Assembly: GCF_032062105.1 (NCBI RefSeq) | Contig: NW_026925603.1 | Span: 124,001 to 188,000, forward strand | Origin: Saccostrea cucullata | Lineage: Eukaryota | DNA: 64,000 bases | Direction of reading: 5' to 3' | Shown: positions 49,661 to 61,848 of the stretch, piece after piece | Layout: every line of letters begins with the position of its first letter | Numbering within the stretch: the stretch's first letter is position 1 | Position numbers and translations under genes: made by a program | The notes under the pieces: model-generated | What the model saw: only the letters and a program-made list of their open reading frames with translations | Told to the model about the DNA's origin: nothing | The model's database searches: none

Positions 49661-51431
49661 CGTATCTGTTAAGTTGAGTTTAAGCTTTGTGTGCATGCTC
49701 ATGATTACAAGATACATGTAGTTACAGTTATTCAAAATCACAGTCTGAGCTTTTTGTTTTTTTTACTTAATATAAATTGTTGAGTGAAAAATAAATAAAT
49801 AAATCGTCACACACACACTGTGTGTGCTCCTTAATATATATAAAAAAAATATTCAGATAATCTCGTAAAATATAGGTTAATTGTAAATATAATCGTTTGT
49901 TATTTAATATTTCATCTGTTTTTCATTTCTTTATCTCTTTATCTTTATAAGTAAAGCGCCTCTAAAATATTATATTTGAAAATAATTTATAGTCTACAAA
50001 TCTGACAAAAATACAGAAATGCAAATGTATAAATAAAATCATATAAAACAATCATCATGTTGAAAACATGTTTAGATCGCAATTTGTTTTATGCAGTCTC
50101 TTATAAATTATGTTTGAAGCAGTTATGTTTTTTTCCTTGAAAGCATCTAGCTTGGATTTAAAACCAGATTACACAAAATTTGTTCTGTTACTTTTTTCTT
50201 TCTAATTTCTTTCCGGATAATATGTTATTGAACGATTTGAGGCATTAAACTTGGTTTGAGTAAATAAAACCTTACCACGTCGATACTTAGTCGGCAATTA
50301 ATCTTTGATCTAATCTTAAACTTTAACTGTGTTTGTATTTGTGTATCCTATAATTAAACGATCCTAACATTGAAATCCAATATAATCCATGCTTCTAAAC
50401 AAAAACCTGAATCGCATGAATGTTATTCCTGCATGCTTATAAGGAGAGCGGACCATCATTATTCTATGATTTATTCATATAATATAAACAATGGGATAAA
50501 TTATCTCTTTTCACCCATAAAAATATGAGAAATGGGTTTTATTCAGACAGAACACATTAAGGTCTCTAATTTCTGCACTCCCTCAACCCTTTTCCCACGC
50601 GTTTCATGCATGGAGCAATTTTCCTCCCTAGTTCCATGTCCAAAAAAATTAATCCAAAACTATACAAACCATAAAAAAGACTCTGAAAACATGGTAGGAT
50701 AACAGCATTGCTGCATCACCAGCCACTTTTTCTTTCAAAATTTAAGAAAAATAAGAATTTGGAAAAATCCAGAATTTCATCAACTATACCTCTACTTCTT
50801 TTGTCACACTATTTCTTTTAAAGGAAATATTGAGCATTATTTGCATAGATATTTTTTTCTCTGATCGAAATCAGATGAATCCTTCTTTTCCAGGATACTT
50901 ATACAATTCATGGCTTCGTGCTTAATCACACAATCTTACGTATTTCCTTTTTCTTAAAAGGACAGCATTTGGCTTTGTCTCATGGGAAAGCTGTGATTTT
51001 GCATTTATATTAAAAAGTTTTTATTCTGTGTAATAAAGGGCGATTCTGAATTAAGGTATTTAGTAAGTCTAATAACGTGTTCGATTACAGTGGCTAACGT
51101 AATGATGACGTCAAAAGCTTTCATCTGTGGGCTTGAGGTCATTACTGGAAGTGAGTAGCGTTCGCGATGGTACCGGTAAACAAGTGTAGCCCGCCATGTC
51201 TTTAACCAATCGATGTACATTGATTTTGTCTGTCTGGCTTTAATTCTTCTGTGTGGCTAATTAGAACGAACAGGAACAAACTATGAATATATCGAATTTG
51301 TTCCATCTTTGACGAGCATTTTTATTTGTTTTGCATGTAAACATTAAATAAGTCAATACGATCTTTTTGACTTTGCACTCAGGTTAAAATGATTGTCTAT
51401 ATTCAGTTTGAATCTAATAATAAATTCTGTT

Positions 51432-51435
51432 TTTA

Positions 51436-51478
<43 letters not shown>

Positions 51479-51590
51479 CATTTTGTCCGCGTTCCGTCTG
51501 TCTGTCCGTCTGTCTGTCTGTCTGTCCGTAAACTTTTCACATTTTCGACTTCTTCTCAAGAACCGCTGGGCCATTTTCAACCAAACTTGC

Positions 51591-51621
<31 letters not shown>

Positions 51622-53522
51622 ATTTATCAAATGAAGGGCCACGCCCTTTTCCATGGGGAGATAATTACGAATTAGAGAAAAATTAATGGCATTTTTAAAA
51701 AATCTTCTTCTCAAGAACCACTGGGCCAGGAAAGATGAAACTCATGTGGAATCATCCTCAGGTAGTGTAGATTTAAGTTTATTCAAATCATGACCCCCAG
51801 GCTAGGGTGGGGCCAAAATGGCCGACCAAAGTTTTACATATGAATATAAAGGAAAAATCTTTAAAAATCTTCTTCTCAAGAACCACTGGGCCAGGGAAGA
51901 TGAAACTCATGTGGAATCATCCTCAGGTAGTGTAGATTCAAGTTTGTTCAAATCATGACCCCCAGGGCTAGGGTGGGGCCAAAATGGCCGACCCAAGTTT
52001 TACATAGGAATATATAGGAAAAATCTTTTAAAATCTTCTTCTCAAGAACCACTGGGCCAGGAAAGATGAAACTCATGTGGAATCATCCTCAGGTAGTGTA
52101 GATTCAAGTTTGTTCAAATCATGACCCCCTGGGCTAGGATGGGGCCAAAATGGCCGACCCAAGTTTTACATAGGAATATAAAGAAAATTTTTTAAAAAAT
52201 CTTCTTCTCAAGAACCACTGGGCCAGGGAAGATGAAACTCACGTGGAATCATCCTCAGGTAGTGTAGATTCAAGTTTGTTCAAATCATGACCCCCAGGGC
52301 TAGGGTGGGGCCAAAATGGCCGACCCAAGTTTTACATAGGAATATATAGGAAAAATCTTTAAAAATCTTCTTCTCAAGAACCACTGGGCCAGGAAAGATG
52401 AAACTCACGTGGAATCATCCTCAGGTAGTGTAGATTCAAGTTAGTTCAAATCATGACCCCTGTGGCTAGGGTGAGGCCAAAATGGCCGACCCAAGTTTTA
52501 CATAGGAATATATAGGAAAAATCTATTAAAATCTTCTTCTCAAGAACCACTGGGCCAGAAAAGATGAAACTCATGTGGAATCATCCTCAGGTAGTGTAGA
52601 TTCAAATTTGTTCAAATCCCCCGGGGCTAGGGTGGGGCCAAAATGGCCGACCAAAGTTTTACATAGAAATAGTTAGGAAAAATCTTTAAAAATCTTCTTC
52701 TCAAGAACCACTGGGCCAGGAAAGATGAAACTCATGTGGAATCATCCTCAGGTAGTGTAGATTCAAAAGGGTGGGGCCAAAATGGCTGACCAAAGTTTTA
52801 CATAGGAATATATAGGAAAAATCTTTAAAAATCTTCTTCTCAAGAACCACTGGGCCAGGAAAGATGAAACTCACGTGGAATCATCCTCAGGTACTGTAGA
52901 TTCAAGTTTGTTCAAATCATGACCCCCGGGGCTAGGGTGGGGCCAAAATAGCCGACCCAAGTTTTACATAGGAATATATAGGAAAAATCTTTAAAAATCT
53001 TCTTCTCAAGAACCACTGGGCCAGGAAAGATGAAACTCATGTGGAATCATCCTCAGGTCGTGTAGATTCAAATTTGTTCAAATCATGACCCCCTGGGCTA
53101 GGGTGGGGCCAAAATGGCCGACCAAAGTTTTACATAGAAATATAAAGGAAAAATCTTTAAAAATCTTCTTCTCAAGAACCACTGGGCCAGGAAAGATGAA
53201 ACTCATGTGGAATCATCCTCAGGTAGTGTAAATTCAAGTTAGTTCAAATCATGACCCCTGGGGCTAGGGTGGGGCCAAAATGGCTGACCCAAGTTTTACA
53301 TAGGGATTTGTAGGGAAACCTTTTAAAATCATCTTTTCAAGTACTTCAAAGCTATGATTAGTGTCATAAAATATTAATATGGAATCATCTTCAGGTAGTG
53401 TAGATTCTAGTTTTTTCAAATCATGAAAGCCCCCCCCGTAAACTTTCAGTTCTGATCTGATATGTGCTTTTTCCTAGCCAATGTGCTCAGGTGAGCGTTG
53501 TGGCCCCTGGGCCTCTTGTTTA
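51432..53522 (+). mobile_element. Helentron/HINE element carrying a ~166-bp Cg170-like satellite array (~11 units)
   Basis: 5' ttagctcacctgagccgaaggctcaagtgagc, (gtct)n microsatellite, units with aaaatcttcttctcaagaaccactgggcca and tcaaatcatgaccccc, 3' caggtgagc plus ggcccctgggcc hairpin, T-rich flanks. Confidence 0.9.
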
Positions 53523-55519
53523 TTTTAAACAACTAAGCAAACAAATGCTGCTAAAATCGACAAGCTGAACTCTTGGTGTATAAACTTGCACTCTTGGTGT
53601 ATAAACTTGCCGACACATATACAAAAGCTTGAATTAAGAGATATTTCAAAGATTTTTATTTAGTTATTTCATGGAAAGAGACGCGTAGTCTTAATAATTA
53701 AAGCATTAACGTAAAATATAAGTTTACGTCAGCAATCAAAACTAATCTTAAACTTGATTAAAATTCAGTAAATAAACGACAATTTAGAACAGTAATCTTG
53801 AGGAATGCTTTTAGATGTGTGGTTCGCAATTTCGTTCAAATGACAGACGGACGACAACATATCTTCTGCTTCTTTGAATTCCAAGGAACGATTTAGAAAT
53901 GAAGAGGCGCATTTGTCTTTCGTGAGAGCCGGGGAATGGGATGGTCAGGTCTAAAATGTCATCGTTAATGACGGCCCAAACAAAAGATTGTACTCCTAAG
54001 CTCCCTATTGGAGACGTGACGTTCATCAACATGCCAAAATCTCACGCATTACTGAGCGAACACTCACGGGCCACGCAACACAATGAGTACTGGATCGAAA
54101 GAACAAATAAATTCTATGAAGATAACAATCACGTCTAATTCCCAACAAATGATTTTGACCCACCAGTATAACCCGGGCTCGAGATTCCGCTGAACTTTGT
54201 GTCGTACATCGATATCCCGTGTTGTATAATTCATGTCCCCGTCCCTCTCTTAATTATACGTCTCTAAGAAAATCAATGCCCAACCAAAAACCTGCGCTAT
54301 TTTCCTATTTTATGTCGGATGTTGTGTTTTTCTAATAGGTCCCAGCGATAAAGATCTATAGTTGATTTTGTCTTCGTAGTCTAGGACTTGGATGAAACGA
54401 GGAAATGTAATAAAATTGGGTTTGACATAGGAAGAACAGACTCATTTAATCCCCGCCAAAGAAAATAAGCCACTCACCCTAACCAGATTTACCCTACCGA
54501 AGATGATTGTTAGGGGAAAAAATCATCATAAATATATTCGAATAAATGAATTATATTGATTCAATAATTTCTAAAAAAAAAATATTTATAACGTCACCTA
54601 AACTATTTTTTTTTTTTTTTGTAAAATACAACATTCACAAATATTTTTTTCTGATGTTATTTTTAATTTTACGTCTTTTTTAAAATAGTCATGTTGCTGA
54701 ATATATTTGATAAATTTGTTAGAAAGGACAAAACAATTTTTCATGAAACAAATCTTAAAAATTCTTTTTGGGAACAGACTGATTATTTATCATATTGAGA
54801 ACAGACTGATTATTTATAAATCATATTGATATGGAAGAATTCTAAGGTAGTGCAGATTCAAGTTTGCTTAGACTATGTTGTTTACTTTTATGAATGTAAA
54901 ACAATATGGTGTACCAAATAGAATCTGAAGTGTTTTACTAGCAGTGCCCCCCCCCCCCCCCTTTCAGCTAGAACAACCATCTTGAAAAGTATCACCAACC
55001 CTCAGTACCCAGAGTAGATGTAACGAAGTATCAACTGAAGCACATCACAGATATCAATAAAACACAGTCTGTTATTCAGACATAGTGATTATTGCTTTGT
55101 AGTTTAAAGATAAAATTAAAGTATACATTAAAAGCTGATCAAGAAATCTGTAAAAAGCTTTTATTTTTAATTCATTGAATTAAAACACAACATTTTATAT
55201 ACAAAATTCATTCTGATGACAATTATTTATACTAAATTGCTTTACAAATACACATCAAATAATTTCAAAGTATTTATGTACAATACATTCCATGCAAAAT
55301 GAAAAAAAAAACATTGATATTGAACAGCCTGAACAGACAGGTTTGTCATGATTCCTCAATTTAGAATCGTTTACCGCACACAGAAAACAGTCAATAAAGA
55401 TGTACCTCCCTCACTTGTAGTGAAAAAAGTACCATTCTCTGTGGATCTATAAATAGGTCAGTGGTCAGACGTCCTGCTCCGAGGTTCCCTCAGGGTGTGT
55501 GTGGGGGGTGGGGGGTCCA

Positions 55520-58500
55520 TCAGCTGAATTCTGTGTCTGACCAGGCACTCTCTACATCACTCCCCTCAAACTCCTCCTAAAACAAAATGTGTGTGATAGA
55601 GTCCAAGACAAACCAAAACAAGACACAATACAGAACTATACAGTCCATGAGAAACCAAAACAGTAAACAATACAGGTCTATACCCTAAGTACAAAGACCA
55701 TTTTTGCTGTGGGAAATTTTCACGCATCATACAATTCCACTAAAGATGTTTGAAATCTGTCCAGATTTATGCAGTTTTGTTAAAAGAGAAATAACTCTCT
55801 CACTTGAATCCATCTGATTTAGTATTAATCTACAAGTAAATGCAAAAGGAACATGGGCTTGTCTGATTCACATTTGCTGTATTTTCCTCCAATAATATTC
55901 CAATGAAAAATTTTGACCCCATGGGGTTAACAATGCTTCCTGGGGTTATAATGTAACCTAACTTGAATGCACATTATAACAGGTGTTTGAGGATGACTAT
56001 CAAATCAAAATTCCAGTAGTATTTTTTAGTACATACATGTATCAAAGTATTTTTTAATTCAGACAGATGTTGTAAATGTCACACTGATTGTGTACCCATT
56101 CATTTGAATGTCATCTTTTCCTGATTCCTAATAAATTTTCCTCTTTTTAAGGGATGACATTGACCTTTGACCTATTTCTTCATCCCTGTATGACCTTTGA
56201 CCTACCTCTTCATCACTGTAAGACCTTTGACCTACCTCTTCATCACTGATGATCTTTGACCCACCTCTTCATCGCTGTATGACCCCTCTTCATCATATGA
56301 CCTTTGACCTCACTCTTCATCACTGAATGACCTTTGACCTACCTCTTCATCGCTGTATGACCTTTGACCTACCTCTTCATCACTGTTCTCCATGTCCTCC
56401 ACCCCGACATCGTAAGCACTCTCCAGCCCCATGTCATTCTGCTTCTCCACCCTCTCCATCCCCTCCCTCACACGCACATTAGACGGGTCCAAGCTAAAAA
56501 TAGAAACACGCACGTTAGAGGGGTCCAAGCTAAAAATAGAAAGATAAACATTAGACGGATCCAAGCTAAAAATAGAAAGATAAACATTAGACGGATCCAA
56601 GCTAAAAATAGAAACTAAAAATAGAAAGATAAACATTAGACGGGTCCAAGCTAAAAATAGAAACACAGATGTTAGATGAGTCCAAGCTAAAAAAAGAAAC
56701 ATGCACCTTAGATTGGTCCAAGCTAAATATAGTAACACAGATGTTAGACGGGTCCAAAAAAAGACACAAAGACATCAGATGGGTCTAAGCTAAAAATAGT
56801 AACAGAAACATAAGACAAGTCAAAAGAAACTAAGCAGGTCCTCACCTCAGTGCTATACTAAACTGGTCGAGAGCTTCTTGGTGTTCATGGGTCTGAGTAA
56901 GGAACTCTGCTAACATCTGGTGAAGTCTACAGGTACTGTGTGTCTCCAGTTGTTTCCGTAATCTGAAGCAAAGTTTTCAAGCATTTTATGACTAACATTT
57001 TGCTATAATTATATACCTGGTATATCAACCCATGCACAGGAATCTTTTTAATTTGCATCTCTACTGTACATCTATTGCATGTACTAGATCAAATTTGATC
57101 TTCATTGTCTATAATGTCCAGTCTAGTAATATTACCTGGTTCTCATAAATCTATATCCTCTATAATATCAGTAACATTGCCCCCTTTATAACTTTTCTAT
57201 AATTCCTCTTTTTTTCTGTACTTATATTTCTATCCATTGTCAAACCAATAACATTTCCCTTATTTACATCTCTATATCATCCATCATACTAGTTACATTC
57301 CCCATACACCATGTAGATATACCGTAAATCTGGAAATTTTTACGTCGATTCTATTTTGCGAATTCGGGTCAAAATGCTGTTGATTAATTTTTACGTTTCA
57401 AAATTTTGCAAATGACCATTGTTTTGGTTATATTTTCTTATTGGTGATTTATTTTTAAGAGAAATATTTTTGCGAATGCAATGCACTCACGAATTTGCTA
57501 AAAATTTATCTACAGCAAAAATTTCCAGATTTACGGTATATCTCTATATCCCCTATCATTTCAGTACCATTTCTCTTACTTAATCTTTATCTCCTGTTAT
57601 ATTCAGTATCATTCCCCATACTTACATCTCTATTCCTTTATCATACTGCTGTTCCTGACCTAGAATTTCCACCATTATATACACAGCCTCTAGGAATGAA
57701 GGATCTAACTTCATAGCTTTCTCTAGATATGGTTTAGCCTGAAATAGTATGTACAGTGAAATGGAAAAACTAAATGATATTCTATAAATTGGAAGTTTGA
57801 AGATCAGTCAAATCCAATATTTTGAAAAAAACACACCAAACTTTTAAATAATTGACCATTAAAAAATTTGTTTTGATTGATTAACAAGTCAAAAATTTCT
57901 AGATTAATAATAGGAAAACACTGTAATGACAATTATTTGACGTGATGTTGCTGAAGAATTATTTCCCTTTGTTTTCACAGTTTACCATGATGATGTGCGT
58001 TTCTCCAGAATTGGTAGTTACTTATACCTTTTAAGTTAAAGTTGGACATACTTACCTTTGCTGTAACAGTTGGTGTCTTGGCAAGAACTGAGGCATACAG
58101 CTGTAACAAAACATAATAAAACATAAAAAGAAAATTTATTAAAGAAACGTTTTTAATTTTATTTATATTTTGGGGTTTAAACAACCTTTATGAAACTGAG
58201 TAACAGATCCCTGCTCGAGAAGTTCTACCCTGAGTTTGCATGATCCTTCTACCAACAACTCACCGTTAGAGTCCTAGCTGTGGTACCCAGAGTTTTGATC
58301 GCCTTCCCAGCCCAGGTCAGAGCTTCTCTGTGTCTGTAGAGAGCCATGTAACACTGTATCAAACCTGGAAGTCAGACAGGAATAAAACCATATAGCATGA
58401 TACTGTACTTAACAAAACACTGAATAGCTTACACAATTTTTTTTCTATACAGTATTGTGATCAACAACTTACGATGACTATTCTAAACACTCACCAATGC

Positions 58501-59319
58501 AAGGACAAAATGAAAGATTGAAACTAAGAAGTTTCTTTTCTGTGTGGATCTAGTCTCAATATATCCTTCATTCAATTTGGTGGAGAGGCATTATCCACTG
58601 TCTTACCTATGTAAGCCTGATATCTATGTGGTGCTAGTCTCAGAGCTTCCTTCATGTGTCGGGTGGTACCTTACCTGTGTAAGCCTTGTATCTATGTGGT
58701 GCCAGTCTCAGGGCTTCCTTTGTGTGTGTGTGGGGGGGGGGGGACCTTACCTGTGTAAGCCTCGTATCTATGTGGTGCTAGTCTCAGAGCTTCCTTCATG
58801 TGTGGGGTGGCATCATCCACTTTCTTCAGTTCCAATAAAGCTGTACCTTTCAGCAGGAAGGCCTCAATGTTGTACGGATCTAGTGTGTTTGCCTGGAAGA
58901 GTAACAATACAACTGACAAATGAAACTGTAGCTCTACTTATTTTTGAAATGATATAGTACCCTTCAACAATAACTCGATCTTTAAATTTTTTTTTAAATT
59001 AAGAATGTGTTTTTAAAAGAAATAATTACAATAAAATAATTATAGAAAATGTCTTTATAACTTTCATTTTCCTTGAAAAGTTTTAATGAAAATTTACAAT
59101 TTGTAGAAAATTGATAAATAGATTTTATATCAACAATGATGTAGAATTTGAGTATGATTCACTATTATTTCAAAGATTCATTATACAGAAACTAAGTATC
59201 CAACCTTTTGTGCAAAGTAGATTGTTTTGGAGACTTTTCTAGTTGCTAAGCAATAGTAACCAAGGGAGATCCAGGGCTCTGCTGCCTGCTCTGTGATCTT
59301 CAGTAACTGCTGGGACAAT
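55520..59319 (-). CDS. ANAPC7: Anaphase-promoting complex subunit 7, 3' portion (8 exons; 5' exons outside the window)
   Basis: Phase-consistent exons 59319-59205, 58892-58751, 58364-58264, 58100-58056, 57738-57626, 56962-56846, 56493-56373, 55576-55520 (TGA). TPR repeats AEPWISLGYY, EAFLLKGTALLEL, EALRLAPHRYEAYTGLIQCY, AKPYLEKAMKLDP, EALDQFSIALSLDP and an acidic tail EGSDVESAWSDTEFS. Confidence 0.92.
56160..56385 (-). repeat. 30-bp tandem array (~8 copies) of ANAPC7 exon tail plus donor
   Basis: Sense unit cagtgatgaagag|gtaggtcaaaggtcata; the coding donor is at 56372-56371. Confidence 0.92.
56475..56830 (-). repeat. 36-bp tandem array (~10 copies) of ANAPC7 acceptor plus exon head
   Basis: Sense unit tttctatttttag|cttggacccgtctaatgt...; AGs at about 56495 (coding), 56531, 56567, 56603 and 56652. 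Confidence 0.92.
57322..57536. mobile_element. MITE with TA TSD
   Basis: Perfect TIR ccgtaaatctggaaattttt / aaaaatttccagatttacgg flanked by TA. Confidence 0.8.
58540..58823 (-). repeat. ~70-bp tandem repeat (3-4 copies) of ANAPC7 exon tail plus donor
   Basis: Plus-strand cttacct(g/a)tgtaagcct..tatctatgtggtgc.agtctcag at ~58746 (coding), ~58670 and ~58603, with a remnant at ~58543. Confidence 0.9.
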
Positions 59320-59799
59320 CTGTCAACAAAGAAATAAAACAATCCCTGTACTGGTTTACACAGATGTCTGAGAATATTATTACAAAATCTATCAAGTTTG
59401 ATAATTATACTGTAGAAGTACATTTTTCCACGGGGTCATATTTCTGCGGAAACTCAATTTCTGTTTCATCAGCGGGTAGAATATAATGCAGATTTTCATT
59501 TATATTAATTACGCTTGGACAAATTTCCACAGAAAATGTGTGACCATGTACATAGCGTAAATTAACACCACACGGAAAAAAGTTCTTCTGCAGTATGTAA
59601 AAGTTGTTTAAAAATATGTGAGATTTTTAACTGTAATGATATACATACATATAGTATATGACTGACAGTGTGTATTTAAAATTCTAAGATGAACTAGCTA
59701 ACCCTCCCAAATTTTAGTACAGTTTCCATTTAAAAATCAAACATTTACATGTACCATATTGTAATTAGAACTTCCTGCCAAGGAGTTCTCCTAGCGAAT

Positions 59800-60596
59800 T
59801 ACCGTAAAATCACATATTTTTCGTGGGGTCAAAGAAGAAGGTATGGTTTCCATACAAATTTTGCCCTGTGATTTTCTAAAAAAATGGAGCTGGTGTAAAA
59901 GTTGAAATCTCATGCTTTTTAAATAATTGAAATTCAATGCAGAAAAATCATACAAGTAATTTTTCTCACATGTGTTTTTAAATGTTTATTATGACGTCAT
60001 AAACATGTGCATTTTCCCGTATTTTTTTAAAAAGTTGCAGAAGACACCAATTTTCAATGGAATTTTCTTTCAGATAACATTGTCCACAGGCATCGCCCAC
60101 AAAGATCTTGAGATATGTGAATTGTTATTGAATTTTGCACAAAATATCAAAAAATGAACGTGGGCGACGGCTGTGGACACTGTTTTCTAAAGGAAAATCA
60201 CCCTTGAAATGTGCCATTTTGAGGCTTTTTCTGTTGAAAATAGAGAAATGCTTCACATTAATGACGTCATATTTGCAGAATGGTAAACATTCATGCCATA
60301 TTCTTTCCTGATTTATCAGAGTCAATTATTTAACTAATATTTATACCAGTTTCAAAACTTTTTGATGTCATTACATTTTTAGGGCGCAATAAAGCTTAAA
60401 ACCATACCTTCTTCTTTTCAAAGTTTGAGGTAATAATCTTGTATGAGGGGACTTAATTTCATGGATGGAGAAAGTTTTAGTAGTAATGTACATTAAATTT
60501 TACATTTTGTGGTGGTCATGAATTCGTGGGTCTCTTCTTAATTGCCTCGAAAACAATGATAATTAAACCCCCACAAAAATTAGTAATTTCACGTAT
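59800..60596. mobile_element. MITE containing a nested TIR element (~59834-60414)
   Basis: Outer ends taccgtaaaatcacatattttt / aaaattagtaatttcacgta; inner perfect TIR gaagaaggtatggttt / aaaccataccttcttc. Confidence 0.7.
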
Positions 60597-61848
60597 GTAA
60601 CTGTTAAAGTACACACTAAGTTAAACTTAGTGATATAGCATTATACCTGTGAATTTATTCCACTCTCTTTAAAATCATTACATCCAAACATCCAAACAAA
60701 ATTAATGTAATACATGTATATGGCAAATGCACAGTATAGATGTTTTCCTCCAAATATGAATTCAAAATAAGCTCAGAGAAACTAACTACCTGGTACAAAC
60801 CTAACTAAATGGATTACTGAAGTTCTGAAATGAATCTGATTTCAAATATAAAATAAAAATCTTGCAAATGAAAAATAATGACAGTTCAATATTATAAAGT
60901 TTTGAGATCTTTAAAAACTCAATGTAAAGGATGTAAATTTCAATTTTTTAAAAACCTCTACAGGACACAAAATCAGTTTGCTACATCTGTAAACTAATTA
61001 TCAGTAAAATTTGTTTTAGAATTTCATCAGAGATCCAAATACCCATGATACTGAAATGCAAAACACATGAAGCTCCATTCTTTGTTTAGTCTTTCATGAA
61101 ATTTTCTCTATCTCATCTTTTATTAGCAGGGCCTTAGTGATCTTAATTTATGATTAACACAGAAAAACAGGCTGTAGGAATACTAGATGCATCTCCAGCT
61201 TTAGAAATTTTGTAAATGCAGCTAGATGAATCTTATGGAGATAACAAACAATATTCAATATCAAAGTCCACTAAACAATACAAAATAGGAGCAGAGCAAA
61301 CACGGACTCCCAAAACATCAGAGGTGGGATCAGGTATCATGGAGGAGAGAGCATCCCTGCCGACCAGTCACACTGGTAGATGTCAGATTAGGTACAAAAT
61401 GTTGCCAGTAAGGAGCAAAAGAGCAAGTTAGTAGTTATCAGAGTACATCTCATTACTTACAAGTAACTCCAAAAAAGAAGGATGATTGAAGTCAACAATC
61501 ATCTGGGACAACCTTGACATTAATAATAACTGGTAGTTGCATGTCATTTTAAACATTCTTTTTATACTGTCTATGAATAGAATGAAGTTTCGATTTCATG
61601 AACAATATGAATGATTTTACGGTCAACGATTTAAAATAGACAGATGGGGATTTAAAAAAAGAAACCAAATATTGGGTTTTCCATTGCTAAAATTAGCACC
61701 ATTCAGTTTTTGAAGACACAATGAAAGTAAAATGGTATGTAAGTTTGTAATTAATTCAACAGAACAGATGTAACTCATTAGCCTACAAATCTTTCTGTGA
61801 CCAAATTGACTGTAGTTATTTTTACATTTTATTTTCAGTGGGAAAGAA

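Noticed and set aside
53811-54400. CpG-richer segment with 56-73 aa ORFs
   Set aside because: No recognisable protein motif or convincing splice structure. It could be regulatory or non-coding, but I cannot support a call.
55595-55690. Two ~41-bp copies near the last ANAPC7 acceptor
   Set aside because: They do not include the AG or any exon sequence.
56310-56738. 142-aa repetitive ORF as a separate gene
   Set aside because: It is the ANAPC7 exon read through its flanking acceptor and donor arrays.
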